The notes beneath the pieces are model-generated. The model worked only from the letters and a program-made list of their open reading frames with translations, was not told the origin of the DNA and did not search any database. Below, piece after piece: positions 12,150 through 24,338 of a stretch of 64,000 bases of DNA (position 1 is the first letter of the stretch; every line of letters begins with the position of its first letter). Source of the DNA: Raillietiella orientalis (taxonomy: Eukaryota). Location of the stretch: positions 2,914,001-2,978,000 of the forward strand of contig JAYWIR010000014.1 in NCBI GenBank assembly GCA_036172245.1. The letters are read 5' to 3'. Both the position numbers and the translations under genes were made by a program.

Positions 12150-13000
12150 TCTTCCAGACCATCCTTCCCAGAGACACGCATACTTTCACAGTTCTCCCAA
12201 GGCGCCAGGAATGACAGCACCAGATTCCTGTCTCTGCGGTGCTCTCGGTGCCTACCTGTCGAAAAGACGCGGCCATCCTCTGGATGGTGCCTCCTTGCTT
12301 TCTGGATCCTAGTGGATCGGTGGACGCCTCACCCGAAATGAACTCGCAGCCGAAAAATCGCAACGTCATTCTTTTCTTTTTCCTTTTTATTTTTCATGGG
12401 TAGGTGCCAGGCGACGGATTCCTGGACCTGCACTCCTCTAGATGATCCAGGTTCTGCTGGCAGTAGGTTGATCACTCTTGCACCGATTCGATTCTTCAGC
12501 CAGCAGCAGCGCATCCAGCACAGTCTTGGAGTCCATCCCAGGGAGAAGGCTGGGTCGAGACCACGCTCCCTCGGTGCTTCTGGATGACCCTTTTGGTCTA
12601 GTCCTCCGGCTCGGTGTGTCTTTTGGCGATCGGACCCAAGTTGCTGTGCCGCGAATGAAGAAATGAAACTGAAGATGACGCTGAGAGATTCTGTCCTCGC
12701 CGCAAGCACCCTGCGCACCACCTCAGGCGAGAGATGCTCTGGCGGGCAGTAAGCATCCTGAGGCACGCTGTCGTGAACCCACCTGCGGTCTGCAAATCTC
12801 AGATGTCTCCCGTGCACTTTCCCCGGAGTGAGTGTGTCTTCGTGGCGAGAGAGGAGGCCGTGCTGCCTTGCGCTGGACCGCTCGCTTGCTAAAGGGATCC
12901 GTCGTGCTTTCGAATGCCGTCCTTGTGAGGTAGCCGTGCCGATCTCCGCCACCGCGTCGATCCCATCTCCGCGCTCAAACCTTACCCGCTCTCCCGATTT
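12150..13000 (-). mobile_element. Degenerate non-LTR RT relic
   Basis: EHLSPEVVRRVLAARTESL...QQLG ~ RPISL...K.LA.RL...QQ.GF; GSRKQGGTI ~ G..QG..LS. Weak. Confidence 0.25.
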
Positions 13001-13479
13001 CCTTCTAAAAGCTACTGCATGAGAGGGCGAACCGGTCGATCTTCCCACTGTCCGATTCCAGACCCTTCGCATTGCCTGGAGCACTGTCCTCGGATCTCCC
13101 CTCCCCAATCGGGAAATCTCCATTGCTCCTCAGTTTCGTCTGCAGCCTCCCTCGCTCCCTCGTGTTGCGCGCCGCTGAGAGCCTCGCGCCTCCTCCGCAA
13201 GACGGGTCGATTTCCCCAGCGTCGGCGCCGCTTCCAGCTCGTTTCCATGACGGTGGCCGGAAAGGGAGGGAAACGCAAACGGGTGAAAGGAAGTAGGTAC
13301 CAGCACGTGCTCTCGCAGCGGCGGCAGCAGGGACTTCACAGGATGCTGCAAGAAGGAAAAACCCCACGGAAGCGGAAGCACCCTGTACCGAAGCGCGAAA
13401 GAAACGGCCGAGTAGCCGCAGCCACTCACCCGAGCACCTCAGGGATTCCGCGAGTAGGGGTAACGGGAAAAGCAGGTTG

Positions 13480-14850
13480 CAAATTGAGTCAGAGAGGACG
13501 ACGAGTCGCCCCGGGAGCGTTTCTGCAAGGAGTAGGGCCCTGTTTCTTGATCGAGGAGATGACGATCATGCTGAAAAAGTTTCTTTCAGTTCGCGGGGGG
13601 TTCTGGAGGAAACGGGAAAAGCCTCTCGGCACGATGTCTTATTCTTTTCGATGCCTCCTTCTGCCCCTCGCCACCACCATTCGTGTCCTCCTGGAGCTTG
13701 CTTTCCGTGAACCTCACGGGACCCTCGACCGCCCGTCTCAGCTCCGTGCAGGAGACTTTCCTTGGTTCGCTAGAGACGAAGACCACGTCCAGCAGCACTG
13801 TGATCAAGATACTGTTCTGGAAAATTCCTGAGGAGGTGCTTCCTCACGAATTCAGAGGATTTCCTCCTTTCCTCCTTTGAATGCTCGCAAAGAGCTTCTC
13901 TGAAGAAGGAAGAAGGGAGAGCTGCTGCAGGAGCGCCCTTCGTGTGACGCATCGCTGGAGGTGGCGATCGCTGCCTGAGATTTGTGCTCCATCAGGAGGG
14001 ACGATAAGAAGAATATTGGGATAGAGGAGGAAGTCAGGCAGGGTCTTCCATCCCGTTCCGTCCTCCTATTGTTCCCTTCTAGAAGTCTTCTCGCCGGTGC
14101 TCCCATTACTAGTGCTCACGTGAAGACTAAGGACTCCCAGGAGAACCTACGTCCGTTCTCCATGGAAGGAATCGCTCCCTCTAGCGAGAAAGAGAATAAC
14201 TGTTGCTGTGAACGGCAAATCGTGCCGCTTCCACCCGCGAATGACACTCCATGTTTGCTCACAGTTTCTCCCTGTCCCTCAGGAAAAGCATGGGTTTCTC
14301 CTTTCCCTATTCGGAAAAGGAGAAACCGCTGCCAATTCGTCAGGAATGCTAAGGATGGCGTGTTGAGGGATGCTCGCTCTTCCTCGTGTCGGGGTGGAAG
14401 CTTAGGATCCCCCTACTTGGCTCCATTCATCGAGCGTCTCCCGAGCTGGGCGCCGTGCTCAGAACAGGGACGAGGAGCTGGTGCCTCGGGGGCGGCCAGG
14501 CGAGCCACCTCACCTCAGCCAGCGCCCTTGCTGACGCCATAAGGAACCACGTCTCTGGGTTCTGCGGCCGCCGCTCTCTCTATGGCTTCCAGAGAATACT
14601 ACCAATGCTAGCCTGCCCTTGCCGAGGCTGGATGTCGGCAGGCAAGAGGTCAAAGTCACGATCCCGTCGATGCACCGTCTCCAGACAGATCGCTGGTTGG
14701 TTGTCTTCTCCGCGCAGGTGCACCATAGCACGAGCTTGGAAATCTTCAAACCGATGGCACCCCCAGCCTGTATTTCTCCCCGCGAGATGCCCCTGCGGCC
14801 GTGCCGTTCCGAATTCCTCGCCAACTCGAACGTGTTGAGCGCCCAGATCT
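13480..14850 (+). mobile_element. Degenerate Ty1/copia RT-RNaseH relic
   Basis: RRVAPGAFLQGVG ~ RLVA.GF.Q..G; LLPLATTIRVLLELA ~ APVA...TIR.LLA.A; SVQETFLGSLE ~ DV.TAFL.G.LE; ALSMASREY ~ ALST.EAEY; KRSK ~ RTKH; LEIFKPM ~ ADIFTKPL. Order is correct across frameshifts. Confidence 0.55.
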
Positions 14851-15326
14851 CTGAGGCTCAGAAGGATGTGCGTGCGAGCCAGGCCACCGGAAGAGGTCCC
14901 TCGCGGACCCGAGGGCTATTCTTCCTCTTCAGAGACCTTCCTGAGGGAACATATCGCTCCTGGTGCCGGGAACCTCGCGCGGGACCCGCATGAGACCGGT
15001 CGCACTTGCCGGATCCCACAAGCACTCGGGCAGCAGCAGCGTGGCGGTAGCCGAAGGGCAGGGAAATGCATCCGCGCGCAGGAGAGCCGTTCCTGCCTAT
15101 CGACTCGTTCGAAGCGGATCCGAAAAGATTCTGAGCGAGGTGAGAAGGCTGAGGAGGCGGCGAAAATGAAGGGAACCGGCAAACGCTCAAAGCGGTGGAA
15201 GAGGGAGGGACGCGGAGGGGGGGGGGGGTGACGAGAGCTCCTTAAAGATCGATTGCCCCGAAACCGAGCCACCGGAAAAGTTAGCTGCCCGGTGCTCCCA
15301 GCTGATGAAACCGGCGGTTTGGACGC

Positions 15327-15430
15327 ATCTTTCTCTCTCTCTCTCTTTCTTTTTCTCTCTCTCTCTCTTTCTTTTTCTCTCTCTCTTTCTTTCTTTCTCT
15401 CTCTCTCTCTTTCTTGCGCGCGCGCGCGCC
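15327..15430. repeat. Interrupted (TC)n/T-rich microsatellite followed by a (GC)n run
   Basis: About 85 bp of tctctctc.../tttt followed directly by gcgcgcgcgcgcgc. A complementary A/(GA)n tract is at ~15704-15800. Confidence 0.9.
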
Positions 15431-16799
15431 AGCGGACGGAGCCCAAACTTCTCGCGGTCTGACGAGACTGCGTAAGCGAGGAGCCCTGCACGGCGGAATC
15501 GCTTCCGGAGCAACGTAGCTCTTTCGCAAGGATGCAGCGGCCCCACGCGTTCCCCTGCTCCATGGGAGAGTCGGGGGTCATCCGATGCGTACCCAGGATC
15601 AGCCGCCGCGCGTATTTTTTGTGACGAAACACAGGAGACCCCACGCGAAGGCGTTTCAGCCCCCTGATCTCGCGGCGCGAAAGAGGACACGAGGAACACT
15701 CGCAAAAAAACAGAAAAAAAAAAAAAAGGAGAGAGAGAGAGAGAGGTGGAAGAGAAGAAAAGAAAAAAAAAATGAAAGGAAAGAGAGAGGGGGGAAAAGC
15801 GAAGCATTCAGTCGGTCAGCTGACGAATGGCTAACGAGATGCTAATAGGTGAGGCGATGTGTATCGCCACGGAGACGCGAGTGCCAATAGCGCAGTGATG
15901 GATGCCTTTTCAAGCGACGCTCTTTTGTGTGTGTGTTTTGTTTTGTTTTGTTTTCCTCTCCCCCCTTCCTCACCGGCGTTTCCCGAGGTTCCACGAGTGG
16001 AAGGAGCGGGACGCGGCCCGCTCCGACTCCTCGCCGTCGCATTCCAGCACTCCGCTCCGTCTTGAAGCGCCCGCGGTGCGTGCCGCTCGCGCGCGCTTCG
16101 TTCATCACGCAGGTGGTGCGGCTGGCGGCCTGTCTGCCTGCCTTGGACCCGACGCCTTGAGTTTCCTTCCGATCTCCGCGGTCTTTGAGGGACATGTGTG
16201 ATCTCGAACACTCATATGGCCACCCGTGAGCATTCGATTCGTCCGAGAGGTCACGTGACACGACTAATCGTACTGTTACTGATCCTTGCCGCTGGTGACC
16301 ACAGCGCACCTTCATCTGGTCGCAGAATCTTCTGAATTTTTACGTTTTGCCTGAAAAGGGAAAGCGCCAAAAAAGAAAAAAGATGCAGATTCCAGGAATG
16401 CACAACCTCTTTGTTGATCACATCTCAACTGCCTTTTCTTGCTGCTTCTTCAATGCAAAAAAAAAAAATGTAGCTGTCAGCAAAACCGCCAAAAATTTCA
16501 TGTCTGGGGTTTCTTCTCTTTCGGAGGTCCCGCCCTCCTCTTTTCTGGAAACCCTCTCTCACTGCGTCTGCTGGCAAGTGCTCTCCAGGTTTCCTGCTCC
16601 TTCGTCTGGCCCTTTCGGTGCATCCCGAGTAGCTCTCGCTTGCTTGCATTTCCTCCGAGTTCTTCAAAGAGACGATGGGCGCACTTGAAACTCACGCAGA
16701 GTCATCCGACGGGCTCTCAAAGGAACCTTCTCTCCTTACGAGGGGGAGAAAAGAGCACCTTCCCTGTCCCATTCTCCTCCCCCGCCTCTTCGTCGCTTC

Positions 16800-19000
16800 A
16801 AGGAGAAGCGCTCTCACCGTTTGCCGGACATCGTCCTCTATCCCTCCCGTTCCTCTTCCGGGACTGATGCTCAACCCCTTCCGCTTCGCTGAAGGTTGCT
16901 CCTGCGACTTTCGGCGGGAGATGATGCGATGCTCTGTTCCGAGCTCCTCCCCCAGTGAATTCCTCTTCGCGCAACTGGGTCCGCTTTTTTCAACCCCAGT
17001 CTTTCTTCCGAGGCCCAGTCGCTGCCTCCTAACTTCGGCGGCCCCGTCAAACCTCACGAATTCTGCTGCTGCTTCTTTCGCTTCTCCAGAATGGCACAGG
17101 TTTTGCCCTGGCCCCTCGCGTCCCAAGGCCATCGAGCCCCTGTAGGAAGCTATGTGGTTGCGGTCTCTCTTTGCGTGGCGCCAGGCATCGCGGGTTCGAA
17201 TACTCGGAAAGAACCGACTCCGAGAGATTGGGGGTGCGATGTGGGTTCGAGACCCTCCTGAAAGATGACTCTGGTAGACCTGCATTCGGGTGCGGCGGTA
17301 CCGGTGGCGGTTCAAACCGGATGCCGATGAGTGGCTGGAATTGGAAGTCGACCCTCCGGGATCCTTCCAGGAACTGAATCAAGGAGTCTGGTTCGCTTGG
17401 GAGTTCCCCTCCGGTTGTGAGAAGGAACTATTCCCATTCTCACCTTCTTCGTGGCGGGGCCCTCCGTCTCGTACCAAGGAACCGGTGGATTGATGATGAC
17501 ACCTCTCCAGAGTTCAAAGAAGCATGTCGCTCCCTTCGGAGATGCCCTTGTGGTACTCGGCAAACCAAAAAAATGAAAACCTGGAGGAAAGATCTGAAAG
17601 GAAAACAGCGAAGTTGGAAAAGAACCTAAACAGGATCTCTATCATCCTAGCCATGGATGCGTCTGGCGGACGCCACGCATCCGCCGAAAATATATTGCCA
17701 AAAATGTGGAACCATCCACCTGGCCTTCTCCCGCCATCTTAAGGAGTGGTTCCAGGGACTCTAGATGAACCGAAAAGAGATGCAAGAAACGGCAAGCACG
17801 GGGTTCTGAGAGTCCCAGGGGAAACATCCTTTCAGTCTGCGGGAGCACGAAAAGGAACCGCAGCTCATCGTGCGGCCAGAAGGGGAAGCAGCAACAGGGG
17901 ACGGATGACTTGACCTTGACCCTCTGCAAATACGAGGCAGCAAGAAAAAGCATTGGTCTCACGATAAGGAACGGACCAAAAAGGGACCAGAAGGGGAAAG
18001 AGGAACTGCTGTCCCTGTCGAAGGAGTCGCCAGGGGGGATACTGTCCAGAAACCAAAGAGCTGTTGAAGCAGTCGTTTGCAGGGTCGAGTTCCTCCCTGG
18101 AGGAGGGAGTGGAAAAACTGCGGAGAGTGGTCGGAGCACTCCTTCGGATCCCATGGGGCCAAAACACAGATAGAATATAGAAGCCAACTTGAAGGTCACT
18201 GGTGCCTACGATTGCATCCCTACTCGGCAGCAAGAGGCTCGGTGGGGGTTACCGCATCGTCCGCCTCGCTGCACCAAGAATGAGCGTGTCGTGTCTTGAA
18301 TGGGACGCTCGGCGGGAAGATACTTAGAATAATAACAGGGAAGGGGTGGAGGGGTTGGAGCACCTACCAGGAACCCCGGTGCGCTTTTCCTCTGCTATTC
18401 CCTCCCACTCGAAGCAATACCCACCTACCACCCTTGAGAGAGGGGCACCTTTCGACTTCCTTCCTTGGCAACGATCCGGTCCCGCCCGCTCGGATCTTCC
18501 GACCAGGAGAATTTCCTGCAGGGTCTCCCCGCATCCATCGAGACGGAGAGGAAGGGCAGGAAGAGGTGTGTCCAGTTTCACGGAACTTTGGACACGCCCG
18601 CAGAGGTCGCACGGCGGCGGCGCACGCCGATCCATCGTTCGCACGGTGCCGTTCCGGGACACGTCTGCGCATGTGGTCACTCGAGTGCCGCATCCGTTTC
18701 CGTTCTCATGGACCAGCAAACATGCTCCGTTCCTCTCCTCCTCCTCCCCACCTTTAGCATTCTGCTGCGAGCACACACGGAGGCATCCCGAGAACAGGGA
18801 TGTTTTATCTGTTTATTTATCTTTCGTGCTGCTTTCGGTGTCTTTCCGCTTGCTCTACTCTCGCACTCTGGAAGGACAAATATTTGTCTTTCTGAGCTCC
18901 CGAGGAGTCGCCGACCAGCAGCACCCTCCACTCAGGACGAGGAAGAGAAAGAGGCAGAAAGGCAGAATGGCGACTGAGAGCTTCCTCGCCTCTCGTCTTT
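16800..19000 (+). mobile_element. Degenerate Ty3/gypsy pol relic (RT, RNaseH, integrase)
   Basis: CSCDFRR ~ C.DYR; EFLFAQLG ~ DELFAQL.G; PSNLTNSAA ~ PFGL.NAPA; IILAMDASGG ~ IILATDAS; LPWQRS ~ PWQR; GQIF...RGV...HP ~ GPQF...GI.H...YHP. Order RT-RH-IN. Confidence 0.5.
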
Positions 19001-19049
19001 GCTGCTCGACGATCCGAGGTTAAGCGAGGGTCTCCCGAAAGTGTAGCCG

Positions 19050-19700
19050 GTCTATCCTTGCCGGCCCTGCGAGTTTCTTCGGGTTGCTCAGCTCTCTGCT
19101 GGAGGGCAGGTGGATGCAAAGGGGACCCGTAACACCGGAGCAGCGAGATGTTGTGGGTCCAGAAGTGCGGTGTGGGCCTTCGTTGCCTGGATATCCACCG
19201 GATAACTCCGGGCTTGCCCCCTGCGTTCGATCCCGGGGCCATGATCACGTCCTCACCGGAAGGTTCCGTGAGCTCTCCTCATCTTTCACTGGAAGCCAGT
19301 ACTCTTCTTCCGGGATGGGAACGTCTAGCAAGAGCGACGACCTCCAGCTCGGATGATACATCCATCCCCCAAGGACCTCCTCATGCAGCATTCCTTTTTC
19401 TTCGTCCCGGTTGGACACTTTCGTCAGTATCAGCGGCAGCCTCCAGCTGGTGCCATCATCCGCGGCATCGAGGCAGCTCGTCTTGCGACGGAGCTCTGCC
19501 AGCAGCATTGATAGGCCGAGCCATCCTCGTGCTAAGGAGAGCAAAAGGGCAGCTGACTCAAGCAGCAGTAGAGGAAGGCAAAGCATGCATCGTGCGTGGA
19601 CTGACAACCTGGAGGACTGGAGACCTCCTTTCCACTGTTTATTTGTCTCCCCACCCCGTCATTCCAGAAGCAACTGCGCGCATCGGCAAGAGGATCCCAT
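19050..19700 (+). mobile_element. Degenerate BEL/Pao RNaseH-region relic (copy A)
   Basis: GPVT.../MLWVQKCG ~ P.T...LW..K..W; PHLSLEAS ~ LH.F.DAS; TSIPQGPPHAAFL ~ SIPRLEL.AA.L. Confidence 0.4.
19165..19273 (+). repeat. 109-bp inverted repeat, left arm
   Basis: gtgcggtgtgggccttcg...ggaaggttccgtgagc is the exact reverse complement of 20593..20701 as read by eye. Identical peptides appear in + and - entries of the ORF track. Confidence 0.95.
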
Positions 19701-19899
19701 GATGCAGGGATTCCCGTAGGAACTCAGTCCCTGCTCTATGCGCTTCATCTTTGCTTTTTTTTTCTTCAAAAGAACGTCCCGGAGTGATGATGAGGCGAAA
19801 AATCCTCCCCTGGTCCGGACTCTGGGATTCTCGCAGCCGAAAGGCTGGTCCACAGGTGCTGAAATTCACCTTCGCTTCTTCCATGCGTTTGTCTTTCTA

Positions 19900-21100
19900 C
19901 TTCGTCCACTATCCCTCATGCGTAACGCGTAGCGTGTGGACAGTCCGCTTTACGATTTCCGCCATTTTGCTATCCTGTCGAAGGCTCTCTGGCAGTCGTT
20001 CCTCCCGACCGGTTACCAGAGAGTGAGCTTCCAGAACGTGCTGCTTCTACACCATCCTCTTTGTGTTATTTCTGCCTTTGAGGGGCAGCAATTTCCCTGA
20101 GCATCCGGCCGTTCTTCGGGTTGTGGGTATCTCCCGCCACTCTTACCGATGCAGATGCTGCTTCGTTAGCAAACAAGAGGTACACAAAGAAGTGTTTGGC
20201 CTCTTTCGATGCTGTTTGCAGGCCCTCACAAAGACCGGGGCATTATCTCGATCTTCATCTCAAAGCACCAGGTCCGGTTCAAGTTTGAAGTCGTCTTCCG
20301 AGATCTGATTGTCTGAGGTCATCAACTCCCTTTTTCCCTGTGTTTTCTTCTCGGTGAGACTGACCGCGTCTCTTGGTAACCAAGTTGGAATTCCGTGCGT
20401 AACTGCTGAGGATGTGCGGCAAGGACCTTCCCTTATTTAATGTCGGCGCACGGCCCGGGGAACACTCAAGACACCGCTCCTTCGATTTCGCGATCATCTT
20501 TTGGTTCCTCCCGGAGTCGCGAGAGCCGAGCCTTCTACTAGAACAGTCGAATCCCCTCCCGGCTTGTTCGGAGAACTCTTTCGGAATTTTCTGCTCACGG
20601 AACCTTCCGGTGAGGACGTGATCATGGCCCCGGGATCGAACGCAGGGGGCAAGCCCGGAGTTATCCGGTGGATATCCAGGCAACGAAGGCCCACACCGCA
20701 CGCTGTCGGCAGAGTGTTCCGAGGCGACTATAAAAGGAACCCAACTCCGCGAGTATGCTCTCTCGCGCGCGAGCGCACCTGAGGCGCTCGCCAGAGAAGA
20801 CACAGGAATGCCGCGTGCTCTTCTTCGTGCCGGCCTGAATCGCAACACTGGAAGCCCCTCTCGAATCCAATTTGGCCTGCAGTGTTCGGAGGCTCGGTTC
20901 CTTTGATAGGTCTGGAGGCACATCACTCAAGGCGGCAATTTTCCCCGGGCGTAGGAGGTCGGGTCGGTGCTGTCTGGGTAACTCCCGCACGGAGGTGATG
21001 GTGGTGTTCCCTTCCAGACGGCGGCGGCGGCCGGAAGGATCACTCGGAAACCGCGCTCACGGGAGAATCCAGCGGAGGGGGGAAGATGGGAGAACCGGCG
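19900..21100 (-). mobile_element. Degenerate BEL/Pao RNaseH-region relic (copy B, inverted relative to copy A)
   Basis: WVPFIVA...RQRAVW ~ PF.V.AK..Q..W; EFSEQAGRGFDCS ~ FSDAS..AYG; KMIAKSK ~ L.MAKSR; EWREIPT...AGCSG ~ WRHVPT..NPAD..SRG. Confidence 0.4.
20593..20701 (-). repeat. 109-bp inverted repeat, right arm
   Basis: Exact reverse complement of 19165..19273. Confidence 0.95.
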
Positions 21101-21549
21101 CACGCGATTTTCGGCCATTAAACTTGAGTCCCTGCTGAACTCGAGCCTCCGCCTTCTTCCTCCGAAAATCATGGGAAGCCGATTCCGGACGGTTCGAAGA
21201 TCCACTTCTCTCTCTTCCTGGGAGCGATCGGGTCCCTCGCTGGGCGGCTTTCCCTCCTGAGAGCAAAAAGTCTGACGAACCGCACTGGAGAAGGGGAGGG
21301 GGACTGTCGTTCCCTGCCGAGATGCTGAGCCTCATAGCGACGTCTGCGGAGTTCTGAGGCAAGGCCTGCAAAGACCCACCACCCCTTCCTCCGTTCACCG
21401 TGGAAGATGGGAATGAGGTTCGCGACGTTGCCTTCCTCTTGCAGTCGTTCACTCAGGGAGGGGGACATGTACCTGTGCCGGGGGGCGGCCGCTCACGCCC
21501 GAGGGCGTTGTCGATACCCTGCCGCGTCCGCTGCATCCCGTTCGGAGGG

Positions 21550-22200
21550 GAGGGGGTGGCAGTCGCTCTCCCGCAGTAGCGACCACAATCTTCAGGGGAT
21601 CTCCTGGAGATCGCATGCGTCTTCACAGCAGAGAGGGCGCAGCATTCCCCATACTGAGGCTCCCGGATGTGTGTGGGGATGCTGCGACTGCGCGCAAACC
21701 ACAGATGGGAACAGGCCTTCTGTTCTGCGGCAGGTGGAAGCGCGAAAGGTGGTTTCCGTCGCGAAGCTCCGGCGAATGTGCGTCGTCAGCAGACCGTCCG
21801 CAAAGCTCCGACGTTCCCTCTTCGTCACCGAGGTGAACGCCGTGCATACGAGCGTTCGATCAGCACAGCAACTCACGGATACGCTCCAAAGCAGCAACGG
21901 GAGTCCCTGACCTCCATGGAATTCCCTCACAGCTCTATTTTCTCTCCTCCCTTCCAACTCCCCTTCTTCTGCCCCCCTTTCCCACTCTCCACGTGCTTCC
22001 TTATCCCTGTGCCCTGTCATCCGGGTAAGAACTCTCGGAGACGCTGGAGATGCGCGGCGGTGGCCCAAGCGTGCAGCTCTAGGAGGAATTTCGGGAGATG
22101 AAGACGTGGCACCCTCCCGTCTGATTTGCATCTAGTGAGCGGATGGGGTGGCAGTAGAGGATGCAAGCCATGAGGATCCCAAGGTTGCTGCTGCCTCGGG
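21550..22200 (+). mobile_element. Degenerate Ty1/copia integrase relic
   Basis: ILRLPDVCG ~ LVHSDVCGP; RQQTVRK...LRHRGE ~ E.Q.G.K...LRSD.GGE; GYAPKQ(fs)NG ~ YTPQQNG. Confidence 0.45.
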
Positions 22201-22484
22201 AGAGAAGCGTTGGCGACCCTCTTCTCGGAGGTCTAGGATATTCTCGGATGTCTCCCCGGGCCGCGTTCCGGCACGAAACGGGGGATAATCCTTGCCGCAC
22301 GTCCTCAGCAGCTACGTGAGAAATTGCAGCTTTGTCGCCGCTCTTGGGGACCTCACCACCGGGAACATAAGTCCCTGGGCGGTTGGGTGAGGTCCTCCGT
22401 AGCTTCCGCTCTCTTTCCAGGAACGTGCCATTGAAGGCATGGAGCTGGAGGGCCGATCCTCTCCATAGTGTTACAGAAGAGCGC

Positions 22485-22795
22485 TGCTCCCTTCCGCGAA
22501 ACGCCCTTCAGAGAAAATTGGGGAAGTGTCCCTTCGGAGTTCTCTTCAGAGGAAGAGGGAACCAGGAGTGGTTCCCTTCCCAGGGGTTCTCTCTGGGAGG
22601 GAAATAAGGGGAGACTCCCTCCGGGGGTCCCTCCGGAGAACCCTTCCGGAGAGAATCGGGAAGAGCGTTCCCCTTGGGGGTTCCCTTCGAATACAACCAA
22701 GGTGGAGGGGTTCCCTTCGGGGTTCTCTCCCTAAGGGATGTGAGGGAAACGGACTCCTTCCTCAGATCCCTCCCGGGGCACCCCCTGCAGCCCGG
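22485..22795. repeat. Degenerate ~45-50 bp minisatellite
   Basis: About 6 units sharing the core (g/a)gxgTTCCCTTCGGGGTTC(T)C(T/C), e.g. at ~22524, 22570, 22664, 22707. Confidence 0.6.
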
Positions 22796-23251
22796 GTACC
22801 CTCGGGTGGCTGGACAGCGTCAAAGAGTCTCGTGAGCGCCCCCTAAGGAGGCGAACGGTCTTTCAGCGCTTGGCTGAACCAGAAAAAAGAAAGAAAGAAA
22901 AAACCAAAAAAAGGAAGAAAAAAAAAGTCGAAAGAAAAGCAGCGAAGACGGAAAAGAATCCAAAAGGATTTCCACCATCCAAGGGTCCTCTCTCCTCTCT
23001 CTTTCTCTCTGCATCAATTATCTTCCCCCACCACCCCTCCCGACGTGATCGAGTCCTTTTCCGCGGGCGTAATTAAAACGCCGGTTGCGCGGTCTTGATG
23101 ATGGTGCTGGAGTTCCTCCGAGCTGCCGCCGCAGAAGATGGCTTCATTGTGCACCTCGGACGTCCGACGCTTCGGCTCCAGGCCGCGAGAGAGAGGAGCA
23201 GCAGCCGCCTCCTTCCGCTTTTTCTCTGCGCGCGCTTCCCTCCCTCTGCAG

Positions 23252-23771
23252 CTAGAGCGCGCGAGGAAGGCAGGGAAGAGGAAAGGGCGGGCGGGGGGGG
23301 GGAGGGATTTTCCGCTCGTTTTCGGCTCTGAAGATCTTGCCATCCCCAATCCCATCTCCCTTTTTCCAGCTTAAGATCACATCGGGAGCGCCCCCGCCTC
23401 CGGGCGTGGGCTGTACCCTCTTGTTAGCGACATCCCGTTCGGAGGGCCGGAGCAGTCGCTCTTCCTCAGCAGCGACCATGATCTTCGGCGCCGAGAAGTT
23501 CTCCCTGGGCTTGCCCTCACTCTTCGACTTCATCTGGGACGAGCTGGGGGAGCCCTCGTACAGGGACGCGTAGAACGGCCAAGGCCTTCCCCTCCTCCAC
23601 TTCGCTCTCATACATCGGGTCGTTCATGACGGCAGCCGGATCGTCCGGGATCATGTCCCGCACGATCCGGCTATTCTTGCGCAGATTGTTCTCCTTGTAG
23701 TCGTTGATGAGGCTGCCGTCGAACCGGTCCGTCCCGGGACTAGCCCTCCTCCTGCGTTTCCAAGCCAGCCA
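23252..23771 (-). pseudogene. Frameshifted GC3-rich coding fragment of unknown protein
   Basis: Frame 1 reads WLAWKRRRRASPGTDRFDGSLINDYKENNLRKNSRIVRDMIPDDPAAVMNDPMYESEVEE. Codon bias then switches frame near 23590 to WPFYASLYEGSPSSSQMKSKSEGKPRENFSAPKIMV.... Almost all third positions are G/C in these segments. Confidence 0.4.
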
Positions 23772-24338
23772 CTACGGGCATTCGTCTCCAGGGACGTTCC
23801 GATGCCGTCCTTCTCCTCGTCCAGGGAGATTCTCTGCTCCCTTTCGCTGGTCGCAGCCTTCTCCTTTCCTTTCCCTTCTTTGGCCTTGGGGTGGTCCGGA
23901 AATTGCGACCTCCCCATCTGCTCCTGCGTTCCGGCGGCGACAGCTACGGGTAGCCGAAGATGCCGGTGCTAGACGGTCAGTCGCGCGATCCCCGGGATAC
24001 CCCACGGCCGTACGACAGGCTCTCCCCGCATCTTTTCGCCCCCGCTGCTGCCACTGCCATCGTGTCTCCCCCTCTCCCTCTCCTCCCCTTTCCGGTTCGC
24101 CTTTCTCGCCCGTCCCCTTCTCTGTCCCCCCGCGCGTCTGCGTTCTTCGCGTTCTTCCTCCCCGACCACCACGCTTGTGCCCTCTCCCTAGCGGGCGGCC
24201 GTCCCCATTCCCGCGCGCTCGACATACGGCAGGCACGCCGCGGGGGCCACGGATCACATGCAGCGAAGGGACGGTTACCCGGTCCGTGAGAGACGGTCGG
24301 TGGGCGCGTCCCCCAGGCAAGAGAACCACCCGTGAATC

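Noticed and set aside
19165..20701. DNA transposon with 109-bp TIRs
   Set aside because: No target-site duplication, no transposase, and the arms appear to be BEL coding sequence.
22485..22795. CRISPR-like array
   Set aside because: Units are degenerate along their whole length with no identical repeats or unique spacers; eukaryotic context, no cas genes.
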